Below, piece after piece: positions 24,880-37,374 of a stretch of 64,000 bases of DNA. The translations under genes were made by a program, and so were the position numbers. Below the pieces are notes generated by a model. That model was not told the DNA's origin and searched no databases. It worked only from the letters and a program-made list of their open reading frames with translations. Each line of letters begins with the position of its first letter. The first letter of the stretch is position 1. The stretch lies in NCBI GenBank assembly GCA_051294375.1, contig CM119263.1, positions 15,912,532 through 15,976,531 on the forward strand, written 5' to 3'. Origin of the DNA: Paraspadella gotoi. Lineage: Eukaryota; Animalia; Chaetognatha.

Positions 24880-25200
24880 GAGAGGGAGTAAGAGAGAGGT
24901 TGAAGAGGGAGGAATGTTAGAGATAGGTCAGAGAGGGAGGTAAATTTGAGAAAGATCACAGAGGGAAGAAGGTTAGAGATAGATCGGAGAGGGAGGAAGG
25001 TTAGAGATAGGTCGGAGAGGAAGGAAAGTTTTAGAAATACGGGTTGGAGAATGTAGGTAGGTTAGCAGTGAAGGTCGGATAGAGGGAAAGAAGTTAGAGA
25101 GATAGGGTCGGAGAGGGGAGGAAGGTTAGAGATAGGTCGGAGAGGTAAAGAGATAGAGGGAAAACTTTTGAGAGAGGTTGAGGAATGAATCAAGAAGAGA
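24880..25200. repeat. Purine-rich degenerate minisatellite (~24-27-bp unit gaaggttagagataggtcggagaggga)
   Basis: Several imperfect tandem copies directly after a large N gap. Confidence 0.7.
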
Positions 25201-26493
25201 GAGTGAGGAAAGGAAGCAAAATCTGGATGGATAGAAAGGTAGAGAGGTGACAATATAAAAAAAGTCAGTTGGAGAAAGCAAAACATGATCGTCGCAATGT
25301 CGCATGGATAATTTGAAAAAAGAGCCTCTTAAAAACATGAATAATCCCGGAGAGATACCGACGCTGGCGACGCCTGAGGAGTGAGGATTAGTCGAGAGAG
25401 AACACAAAACAAAAGGCGCAGGATCGAGGAGAGAGTTTAATTTTAATAAACGGGAGGAAAAAATATCAAGATGGCGTCGCGTCGAAACGATTCGTCACTC
25501 AACGTTTTTCTCGATAGAAAAAAAAAATGTCGAGTTAATTTTAATTTTTATAATATTTAATTTATTTTTTAATAAGACGAGAATATGAGGGTAATTATTA
25601 GGTTAATCTTTTCACCTATTCGTGTATTTATTTTGTTCTCCTTTCTATTTTCTTATTATCTATTTAAAGAATATATGAGACTTTCTCCAATTAAAAAACA
25701 CAAAAGAAATTCAGCTATTCCTTTAATGTAGTGAGAACGAAAACAATAAAAAAGACCTGTTCATTGTTCAATGATTGAAAAATTATATAGAAAAAAAAAA
25801 ACTTAGTTTTAAAAGCTGTTTCTAGAAAATGAATAGTATTTATAGTGTTTTCATATAAAAAAATTTTCTTTTCTTTAGCAAAACAGATCAAGGTTTTCAT
25901 TTCAAAAGAATCAAATTTAGTAAAATTAGTAAGTTTAATTTTAAATCCCGTATCTCCGTTTCGCTCTACCGATTGCGCCAAGGATTTTTCTACAAGAAAT
26001 ACAACAATAAAAAAAAAGAATCCTGACTTCCAACTCCCCATCGCTCCTCATTTTTTTTCCTCTCGCAAAGAATTCATTAGGGTTTTGTTTCTGGTTTCTG
26101 TCTTTCGCCGCGCACACCGAAACGACGTCCGGTGCCAGCGTCGTCGTCGTCCTCGTCGTCGTCGTCGCTTCCTCATCGCTGCCGCCTTCGTCGTCGTCGT
26201 CGTCGTTGCATCGTATCCAGTTCCCTCTCGCTCGTGCACATGCTGATTTCGTCCGACGTGCCACCAGCTACGTTGAGTCACAGAACAACGGGTTAAGTTC
26301 AATCCTTCCCTCTCTCATCCCTTTTCGCATTCAGGCCTTTTTTTTCTTTCATATTTGTTCGTTTTTATTTCCTTTTTTTTTCATTTTTTGCCTTCGCGTT
26401 TTAATGAAACGAAATTTTCATAGTGATACAAGAAAAATCTCTTCGGCGAGAGAGAACGTGGCTTCACCGGGGCGAGAAGCAGCGTTGTTGGCG

Positions 26494-26534
<41 letters not shown>

Positions 26535-26688
26535 TCTCTCTCCTCTCTCTCTCCTCTCTCTCTCTTCTCTCTCCTCTCTCTCTCTCTTTCTCTCTTCTCT
26601 CTCTCGCTCTGCCTCTCGTCACATGTCATATTTCTCTCCTCCCTCGTCTTCAAACCCTGTTCTCATTCTCCTCAGATTAGAGCTTTTA

Positions 26689-26736
<48 letters not shown>

Positions 26737-28502
26737 TCTCGTCTTCTTCGTCCCCTCTCTCTCTCCTCTATTCCCTCTCTTCCTCACTGCATACACAGTT
26801 CAAACGCTCTTTTCTCTCCTCGAATCTATGAATTTGTTTTCAAATTTCGGCGCTGTATGCTCTCTCTTCTCTCTCTTCTCTCTCTTCTCTGTCTCCTCTC
26901 TCTCTCTCCTCTTCCCTCTCTCGTCCGCTCGTCTTCTCTGCTCTCTTATCTCTCTCTCTTCTCTCTCGTTTCTGAACCGTCGTCCTCTGGAAGAACTCTC
27001 CAACAGATACGACGAAGTTTTCGATCATTCAAAAAAACCAACGGAACAACAACTACAACGTCCTCTTCTCGTGCGGAAAAAAATTAATAAATAAATAAAT
27101 AATAAAAGACGAGTTTCGAGATTAACGCTTCCGCTGGATACTTCGCCACGCGAGGATTAATGAAACGACTCTCGTTGACTTCGAATTTAAAATCCGCTTT
27201 CGACTGGATTTAAATTAATTGAATTTCATGAATACATAGTATCGCTAATGACTCCTGGCATTTCTCCTTCGAATCATGTCAAGTTTTCAATTTCAGTCAA
27301 ATCCGGTTTGTTTTTAATCGGTTTGTTTTTGAGCGGACCGAATATTCGCCATCTCATCTCGTGGCGAAGGACTCGACACCAAACGTTCCTTGAAAGTCTC
27401 GATTACAGACTTCGTTATGTAGGAGTCCGTCTCATATTGCGAGAAAAAGCAGTCGCTTTTTTGGTGACTTTTTTTCAATAATCTTTTCTTTCATTTTCAT
27501 CGACATTTTCGATCAAATGTTTTAAGTCGTTGACGAGCTCACCGAAGAGTTTTTACATCGAATTAGTTACATGTTTATGTATGTATAATGTATATGGTAT
27601 AATTTAGTTATTCCTTATTAAATTAAATAATATTCCATTTTATGATAAGCCCGAACTAAAAAAAAAAACATGGCTGAAAATGTTTCTGGAATTTTGTTGC
27701 GCGAGCGAAATGGACGGAAATGGCGGAGATAGAATTACGGAGAGACGGCATCGAAGCGACGGGCCGAACCCGGCTAGATCAAGGAGGGGAAAGATTCAGA
27801 TTAGATCAAGGGTTAAGAGGACGAATAAGAGGGGAGAGAGGGGAAGGCAAGGGAAAGACTTTTAATGGAATACGTAGGAGGACGAATTCAGTGGAGCAAG
27901 CGGAAGATGGCCAAAAGGATGACGTATGGGGTCGAGGAGTATTACGGTCGAGATGATGAATATTGAATAAGGAAACGGAGAGAATCTAGGATTGAATATC
28001 ATGAAGATGAATTGGGGGGGGGGAGGATGAAAATATATAGGGAAAAAGCGAGAAAGTGTCCCCGGTTAAAAGGATGAATAGTGGAGATGAGGGAATGGCA
28101 TAAATAAGGAGAAAGCATTGGGAAATGGGGAAGGTAAGGAGTGGTAAGGAAAGAGTATTGTGATAACGGGGCGTGAGAATTCCGGCTAAAGATTCTAAAC
28201 TTGAAGGCGATCGATCGTAACGGAAATATGGATAAAAACAAGAGCGGAGGGTAAAAAAAAAGAAAGAGCAAATGCAGACCCAGTGACTCGTTCATAAGAG
28301 AGTTATTCAGCGCGTGAAAGGAAGCTAATTGCATGAAAAAGATAAAGAGGAACAGTCAATTTATTCAGAGAAGTGTGAACACTGCTCAGTGGAAGGTATG
28401 AGAAGAAATTAGGAGAAGACGATTAAACGTTTGGAAGGTATGAATTGATTACTTGAAAGACCGTTAAGTTAAATTTTCTCAGATTATCCAGTGAATTTGA
28501 GT

Positions 28503-28547
<45 letters not shown>

Positions 28548-28964
28548 GGCGTTTATAGTATACTGTATAGTAGAGTGGAGCACTCAGGAACAAAAAATTT
28601 ATTTGAATGATCAAACAAGGATATTTAGACGTGAGATAGTATGATAAACTAGTACAAAAAATATTTTGTTCATATTGTTTCGGGAACAGAATAGTAAAAT
28701 ATAATATATTTATTGTAATATTTTATAAAATAGTAAATTTTAAAAATATATATATTTAAACCTTTTGAATTCTTCATAAAATATAAAACAAGTTATCAAA
28801 AATTCTGTCATCTTCAGCATTTAAAATTTTAAATTCCAAAAGATAAAAACTTCTGACTTTTTTATTCTGTAGTAGAAACTTTTTTTCAGCAAATTAAAAT
28901 CTGTTCTTAAAAATAAAATAAAAATATTTTGAAATTTATTGATTTTATAAGTATTTTACTACAT

Positions 28965-29370
28965 AAATAATTTAATTTACTATACTGTTATGCTGAAAAA
29001 ATTTAAAGGATTTAAAATTTAAAATTATATGTCCATCGGCAGAAAAAAAATAATGTTCAATTGCTCAATCTTTTCATCACTCCACCCTACTGTATAATGT
29101 ATACTGTATACTCTATACTGTATAGTATATTGCTTGCGGCTAAGTTCGAAGGTTCGAAGANNNNNNNNNNNNNAATAATTGAATTTACTATACTGTTATG
29201 CAAAAAAAAATTTAAAGGATTTAAAATTTTTTAATTACATGTCCATCGACAGCAAAAAAATAATGTTCAATTGCTCAATCTTTTCATCACTCCACCCTAC
29301 TGTATAGTGTATACTGTATACTCTATACTATATAGTATATTGCTTGCGGCTAAGTTCGAAGGTTCGAAGA
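28965..29370. other. ~195-bp near-identical duplication flanking N gap 29161-29173 (probable assembly or haplotype overlap)
   Basis: aatttactatactgttatgc...ggctaagttcgaaggttcgaaga on both sides of the gap with a few substitutions. Confidence 0.75.
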
Positions 29371-29577
29371 ACTCTTCGATTGCTTAACGGCAACGAAAAG
29401 ATCATCAGTGTCCTCGAAGGAGTCCTTGCAGCAATGCTCCTCCACCTACTCCCAACTTATGCAAAGTGACGACCTTCACGTTGATAATGTTCGAACGCTT
29501 ACATCGATTAAGCTTTGAGGATGTTGAAATCTTTCTCGGGACACTTTACGTATTTCCAAGTAGTAAAGGGTTTAGAA

Positions 29578-30517
29578 TCGGCGTAAAAAAAACCAGTTAA
29601 TTTACAAAATTTTAATCATCGGTTAAAATGCTAAAATTTAACCGGTAAACCGTTAAAATCGGTTAATTTGACAACTATCATTATTTATGATAAAATTAAG
29701 TAACAAAAAAATATTTTTATTTTCAATACTTGTTAATAAAAAGTTTAGCTGCAATAAAAACTCTGCTTCAACTATATGTTGGAGGTGATAAAAAGTGAGT
29801 TCAGTGGAATTAACTTTTTATAAATAAAATGGTCTGTTCCCCGTCATTTTAAAGAGGGATATTTCTTTGCTCCTTTTATGCAAAATGTTAGCCTTCTTCA
29901 GCGAGACAATGAGAGAGAAAGAGAAAAAGAGAGAGAGAGAGGGTGAGAGAGAGTCAGATTGTTTGACTACAGGTTAAGATCAGATTGAGAGAGGGAAATT
30001 GAAAGAATTTGAAATTCGTTAGTACAGTAAAATACATTTAGGCATTATAAATAAATAAGCAGTAATGTGATTAAAATGTTAAAAATGTGAAATTAATAAG
30101 TATCTACATTGTTAAATAATAAACATTGAAATAAATGAAAGTGAAGGTAAAAATATAAAGTTAATAGTTTTTATATTTTTTTAAAAAATTAGAAAAATAG
30201 AAGAAGAAGAAAGCTCACTCTCTCTCTCTTTCATTGTTATATTCTTGAAATATTGTTCTGAAAAGGCTAAACATTTGTTATTTTTAATTAAAATAAATTC
30301 GTGGTTTGAAACTTCAAAATTATTTTTCTCTTTCATTACTTATAGGGGAGAAAAGTTCTGAGAAATAGTTGACTGCCTTGCAAAGGAAAACCATGGTAAT
30401 TAAAGGAAATACAAGTTTCAAATTAGTAAATTTCAATATTAACCGGTTAATTTTACCAAATTAACCGATCTGTTTAAAATTATTTTTAACCGTTACCGTT
30501 AACCGGTTAAACGCCTA
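29578..30517. mobile_element. Non-autonomous hAT-like DNA transposon (940 bp)
   Basis: Perfect 8-bp TSD GTTTAGAA at 29570-29577 and 30518-30525. Termini TCGGCGT.../...ACGCCTA. Subterminal AACCG/CGGTT motif clusters at both ends. No transposase ORF. Confidence 0.72.
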
Positions 30518-31194
30518 GTTTAGAATTGAATCAAAGATCCGAAGATCGTTCTTTCCTCGAGGACAAAAAAAAATCCTTACCCTCCAAATCAACCCAGATG
30601 GCGCATCTCTCTCACTCTTATTCGTGAGACTCGAGGCCTTTGATGAACTTCTCTCATTGAAGTCAGAGACGACGACGTGCGACGGTCGTAAACGTCTCTC
30701 TCTCAATCGTTGAGAGAAGAAAAAAAAAAGGGCGATTGACTCTCGTCGCAAAAAATCACAAAATACGAGGATCGCGACGAAGTCGTTTTAAAAGACTTGG
30801 ATAGACGTTGATTTCGTCCTCGTCGTCGTTGCGGGCGAAGGTCGCGTTCGTGGACCCAAATGACCCTAAGGACGATCGCCCGTAACCGTGCCGACCCTAG
30901 ACGACCCCGACGGTTCTAGAGATCCTCGATCACCCCATATACAGTTCCCATTGCCCAATGCCTGGCGTCTCCATTGCCCCCCACCCCTTTTCCTCTGCCC
31001 GCGAACTAACGACAAAAGAACTGTCGATATTCGGTCCTGAGCGAGAGTTAAAGCGACGCCGGATTTCGAAGACGGCGTCGGCGGCGTCGCGCTGAGAACA
31101 AAAGGCGCCGAGAATATCGCCGCTCCGCCGGGCGTCGGTTTCCTTTCAACGCGTTCGGTGAAAAGCTGTGAAAGTATATCCGTGACGCAGAGAC

Positions 31195-31237
<43 letters not shown>

Positions 31238-32207
31238 ATCTCTCCTCTCTCTCTCTCTCTCTCCTCTCTCTTTTGCATTCGTTCTATTTTTAGATATGAT
31301 TTCGTATCCGGCTCCCCCCTTCTTAGACTGCCGAGTCAAATCAGCTCATCAAAAATTCAACGCCCCTTCTTATCCCAGTATATATAATTCGCTTGCATTA
31401 TTTCTTCTTTCTAAATTTAATGGTACATCAGATGTTAGATTTCCAGCCTTTTATCGAATACTAGTTTTTTTCTTTGGCTTTCTTTCGATCGAGACGTGCA
31501 TACTAAATACATTGTAATGAATAATGAGTCTTGTTCTATTCAATTTAAAAAAAGCTGAGATTCTTCCTTTTTGGCAGTGTTTCCTTTAAAAAAGTGAGAA
31601 AAAGGGTTTTATTGTCACATTAAACGCAGCAACTATTTTGGCCGTACGACGGGACTGTGCGAGACTGTTCTTTGTTAACTGTTGACGCACCTACTTTCAT
31701 CCATTTCTTCTAAGCTTTCTCTCAAGATTTCCTTTGAATTTAAACGACCCGCTGCCATGTAGCTCCATCGCTTTTTTTTTAATACTTTTTTATTCCTTCG
31801 TCCCTTCCCACCTCTCAATTATTTTTTCCAATCTTTCTTTCGGCACGGCGCGAGCCTTCCCAAGGGGAGAGATCACGCTTTCAGGAAAACATATTTTTTA
31901 TTTCTTTTATGCTTTTTTTTATAATTTCTTCTTTGGTTTTTTAATCAATCACTTTTTGACTTCAGTGCATTGTGCTTGTCATCAAGGTCGACGACTTCGT
32001 CATCTCCTGCCGTCACATATGATTTAAGAGAATTCTAGTATTAATAGTTAATCGAAATCATTCTTAAACGACGCTTTAACTCCAAACTAAAGTTACTAGT
32101 AACTTATTTCAAAGCCTTTTAAAACTTAAGATGCTTCCCAGACTCCTTCTCGATGACAGAGTACCACGCGCTTGTTCTCACTTAATTTGATCCGTGTACC
32201 GTGAAAT

Positions 32208-32245
<38 letters not shown>

Positions 32246-33964
32246 CTTCTCTCTCCACAGAGTTTTCTCTTTCCACTTTCAATCATCTTTCCATAATCTC
32301 CCTTATTCTCGAGCGAGCTTGACGGTTTCTCAACAGGATAATTGAAACGTCGATTATTCGCGAAGAGAGAGAATGAAACAGATTCGCTTCGGAATCGCGA
32401 ATCTGATTTTTGGTTGTCGTTATAACGTTTACATTGTAATTCGCAGATTTTACGAGCTCCGCGGTTGGATTTAATATCGACCATGAACGAAAAGAAAATC
32501 ACACTTTTACACTTTTTTGTCACATTTTGGACATTTGTCGCATATATTCTAGTGGATATTTTTATCTCGACCAACTCCACTCTCTTTTTTCTTCTTCTAT
32601 TTTTTTAATCAATTCTTCCGCACGACTTCCATTTTCATCGCCGACGATTTTCTTTTTCGTAATTTTTCCTAATTTGGTTTCGGTCTCGGTTGTCGCCATT
32701 AATCCATAAATCGATGGAACCAGATTAATGACGGAATGACAAAGAAATTGATAAGACGTTGCAGCGAAAAGTGATGCTGCGATTGAATATGCGACAGTGA
32801 GAAGTTGATCAAGAAAGTTGTCACGTGAAGTCGCGACGTCGAGCGTCGGATCGACGGAGATCAAGAAAAAATGGAAAAGAAATAAAGGATAAGCGATCCC
32901 CTCGGCATCGAGATATGAACTTTGCCAACTCTCTCCAACTGCAGTCATACATCCAAAAATGTTTTCCGTTTTTATTTTTATTTTTTACGTTCTCCTCCCG
33001 ATATCTATGATAATACTTAATGTTAATACTTAAAATTTTTACTAAAACATCATTTTTTTTATTTTTATAGTCACAATTCAATGCTGAATCTCTTATTCAA
33101 ACATTAACCTCTCTCTTCCCCTCATAAAATCTCAAATATTGTAAATGTGCATGTGGCTAATACTTCAAAATCAATTGTTAGAATCTTAAAATTAATTTTA
33201 AAATTGATTCTTTAAATTACATTAGAAATATTTTACTTTTATTTACTAAAGTTTATAAGTTCAATAAAATTATAAACTACACTTTTTTTAAATCTTAAAA
33301 GTATTTGGATATAAAACAACCAATCTTGTAACTCTCATATACTTCATTTCCCCGATGACGTCTTCGCGCCATCAAATTTCCCGTGGACTTTCGATCGAAT
33401 TGGAAATTCTTATCTCGCGAATTCAGCCGCTGTCTCTCTTATGCCTCTTTCTTCTTACGTTCTTTCATTTCTCTCTTGACGTTCGAAGCGAACAGTTAAA
33501 ACTAGTGGCGATACTGTAGGCGAGCGAGGCGGTTGTTCAACAGGACTCGTCGTACCAATGCTTTAAGCTCAGAAAGAACTTACTTTAACGTAATCCCTCG
33601 ACCGCGCTATATTCATCCGTTCGTATATATATAGAAAACCCAAGAGCATCAACGTCAACAAACTAAATAAACTCTTAAATTTCTGTCATTTTGTGATTCG
33701 CTTCATGATATAATTCGTATTTGTCGCGAAACGAAACGCGTTTGTTTCTTCTCAACCTCGGCGGTATAAAAAAAAGGTCAGAAGGAGTTTTTGTAATTCC
33801 TCTGCGACTCGGTGAGATTACGAGTCTGTTTCGGGCTTGAACATTCTAGGGGGGCGGTGGGGGAGAAAAAAAAAAGGGACGGGGAAAGTTTACCGTTCCG
33901 GTCCGGGAGAGCGGAACTTGACCCGGTGAACACCGCATCCGGCGCCTCCCTTCCCTAACTCCAC

Positions 33965-34055
<91 letters not shown>

Positions 34056-37000
34056 TCTCTCTCTATGAAATGACACGAGTTTTTCCAGGCAGGAGAGACG
34101 GCGAGGTTCTTCGGCGCGACCCGGTGCCTTTCCATTCCCGCGACACAATGCTCCTTCACTGAATTCATCAAAGAAAGAAGTTTTTCGCTTCACCTCACCC
34201 GAAATTGACGGAGGCAGCGACGAGCCGCTTTTAGATTTTCTGCGATAGATTCCATCCTCTTACTCGACCATACCTTTCCTTTACTCTCTTTTCTATTCCC
34301 GTCCATTTTCATTTGCTTGATCTTGTCAGATTATATTCTATCCATTCCAGTCAAAACGATGTACTACATTTCATTCTAAATATTCCATTCAGTCTCCCTT
34401 CTATATACTTACTCTTCAACCGTCCGCTCCTCTCCGCTCATTATCTCTCTTTTCTGTCCTGCATATTGATTCTTACATATTCTCTCCTCTCCTTTCCTTT
34501 CCTTTCTTTTCCTATCCTGTCCTTTCCTCNNNNNNNNNNNNNNNNNNNNNNNNNNNNNNNNNNNNNNNNNNNNNNNNNNNNNNNNNNNNNNNNNNNNNNN
34601 NNNNNNNNNNNNNNNNNNNNNNNNNNNNNNNNNNNNNNNNNNNNNNNNNNNNNNNNNNNNNNNNNNNNNNNNNNNNNNNNNNNNNNNNNNNNNNNNNNNN
34701 NNNNNNNNNNNNNNNNNNNNNNNNNNNNNNNNNNNNNNNNNNNNNNNNNNNNNNNNNNNNNNNNNNNNNNNNNNNNNNNNNNNNNNNNNNNNNNNNNNNN
34801 NNNNNNNNNNNNNNNNNNNNNNNNNNNNNNNNNNNNNNNNNNNNNNNNNNNNNNNNNNNNNNNNNNNNNNNNNNNNNNNNNNNNNNNNNNNNNNNNNNNN
34901 NNNNNNNNNNNNNNNNNNNNNNNNNNNNNNNNNNNNNNNNNNNNNNNNNNNNNNNNNNNNNNNNNNNNNNNNNNNNNNNNNNNNNNNNNNNNNNNNNNNN
35001 NNNNNNNNNNNNNNNNNNNNNNNNNNNNNNNNNNNNNNNNNNNNNNNNNNNNNNNNNTCATTTTTTTTAAGAACCTGTCTAAAGAGAACAACACTCCACG
35101 ACTTTGACCGATAAATCCGCGTTTGTATTCTTACAACTGAAAACTTATGGTTTCTAAAGCCTCTTCTCCTTTAGTTTCATCTCATGTAATATAACTTATA
35201 ACAAACCCTTTATCAAAATTCCTTTCGCGTGGAGTTGTGTATATATTTAAATGCAACTCATTTTTGAAATGTAAATGACTTAACCTTGACTCAAAGCTCG
35301 AGCACCTTTGCTTGGGTGCCGAAGCTTTTATGAGGTGCAGGAAAAAAATGAGAGAGAGANNNNNNNNNNNNNNNNNNNNNNNNNNNNNNNNNNNNNNNNN
35401 NNNNNNNNNNNNNNNNNNNNNNNNNNNNNNNNNNNNNNNNNNNNNNNNNNNNNNNNNNNNNNNNNNNNNNNNNNNNNNNNNNNNNNNNNNNNNNNNNNNN
35501 NNNNNNNNNNNNNNNNNNNNNNNNNNNNNNNNNNNNNAGAGAGAGAGAGCGAGAGAGAGAGGAAACTCGCGACTTCATTATCTTGTTTTCTTTTCACAAC
35601 GTTGCAATATGAACGGAGGGAAATAAAAAATAAGTGCTACTGCTTTTCCCTCACTTTTTTTCCCATAATTTTCTTCATTCTTTTTTTCTCAATTTCCGTT
35701 CATCATATTTTTCTCTTTTTCCTTTTTCGAAAGTTCTCTTTCATTTTTTTTTTCTTTCATTTTTTTTCTTTCATTTTTTTCTTTCTCTTTATTGTTTCAA
35801 GATTAGTGGAATTTTCTCTCTTCTTTACGATTACACAAGTTTAATTCATATATGTCTATTGCTAATTTCATCATATGTATTTTTCTATTTTCCATTTTTT
35901 CCACATCGGCTCATAACTTTTCTCATTCTCTTTTCTTCCTCCACATATTTTCTTCACTTTTTTTTTTCTTCCTCGATTAATACATATTATATTTTTCTTT
36001 CCTTTGGGTTTTTTCTTCTTAATCCCAATCCCTTTTTCGCCTGGACTCTTTTCATTTCAGTTTCCTTCCCTCTACATCTTTTTTCTTTTTCTCTCCCAAT
36101 CTTGCTTTTATGCCCGAGAATTTCTTTTCTCCCGCTCAATCATTTCTTCCGTACTGGACCTACTGGTAGTTTCTTTTTTTTATCAGTCGCCTTCTTTCAA
36201 TTTTTTTTCTCCACATTCCTTACTCTTACTTTCCTTTCGTTTTCCTCTTTTTATTTTCTTTATAGAAAATTTATGATTTTCGATATCCGTTTTTTTTTCA
36301 TTCTTTCCACCAAATATTTAGGTTTTTCTTCTTCCTCTCTTTCCTCCTCATTCCTTCTTCCTCCTCCTTTTTTTTTAACTCCGCATGTTTTTCCCTTTTC
36401 CTTTTTTTTCTTTTCCATTGAGGTCAGCGTCTTGGTTGTGTTTCGTTCCCGAGTTTCGGTGGGCGACCTTGAAAATCTCTCTTGCGCCTCTTGTATTTTT
36501 TTTCTCCCTCTGCATTTTTTCTTTCCCGCTACAACTTGGATCAACGGATTTCTCGTTTCTCGTATCTACAAACCGCAAGACCCGTCCACTTTTACGTCCC
36601 GATCGATTCGTCTTCCGCCTTCAAATTTTCCGGCGCCGGGATCGACTGAAGGTCCGTCGGTTCCGGAGGCGAAATACCGTGGATCATTGCCGACGACAAA
36701 GACGACGACGACATAATCATCTCAAATCTTTTTTTCGTCTTCAATCCCGAGAAAAAAAAAAGCTATGTAATTCGTCAGGCGATCGCAAGAAACTAATTTA
36801 ATAGAATGAGTTTGCTTTACGCAATTTAGACCCCTCATACACTCGTTTGGGCGAGAGGCTGATGGGCTTATTACATATTATTAGCAAGTCTTGAACTTCC
36901 TTTTTATGAACAGAATACATGGTGACAATTCTAAAACCGCCGCTAAAAAAAGCTGCCATTTGCAAACCCACGAAGATATTTTCAATGTTAAATAGGAATT

Positions 37001-37336
37001 TAAAAGTAAATGAATATGAAATCTCTGTGTTTCAATGTCATTTTATTATTTTGTATGTATGTATGTATTTCTTCTTTTTTTTCTCACGTTTCAAACAAAA
37101 ACTTTCAAATCAGCAGGGAATATATATATCCGTCCCTCGTGCAATCCATAAAATCTCCTCCTTTAAATTAAGAAAGTAAACAAGAAGCATCGATTTCGCC
37201 AGCTGTTCCGCCGAAACTTCAGAGTCGAAACCCCTTAAACATCGTGAGCTCGAGGGGCCAACCGTAAACTTGATTGCGGAGAATAAAAAAGACGCCGAGC
37301 GCCAGATGCTGTCTCGTTCCCCCGCGTCCGGCCACA

Positions 37337-37374
<38 letters not shown>

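Noticed and set aside
23435-24959. Long ORFs spanning X runs (also 261-960 and 34313-35844)
   Set aside because: They are open only because of N gaps.
26206-27094. SLSL/ERER-type ORFs here and throughout the window
   Set aside because: Translations of (CT)n/(AG)n microsatellites.
35634-36716. 360-aa ORF
   Set aside because: Phe/Ser/Leu-rich translation of a pyrimidine-rich low-complexity tract with no domain signal.
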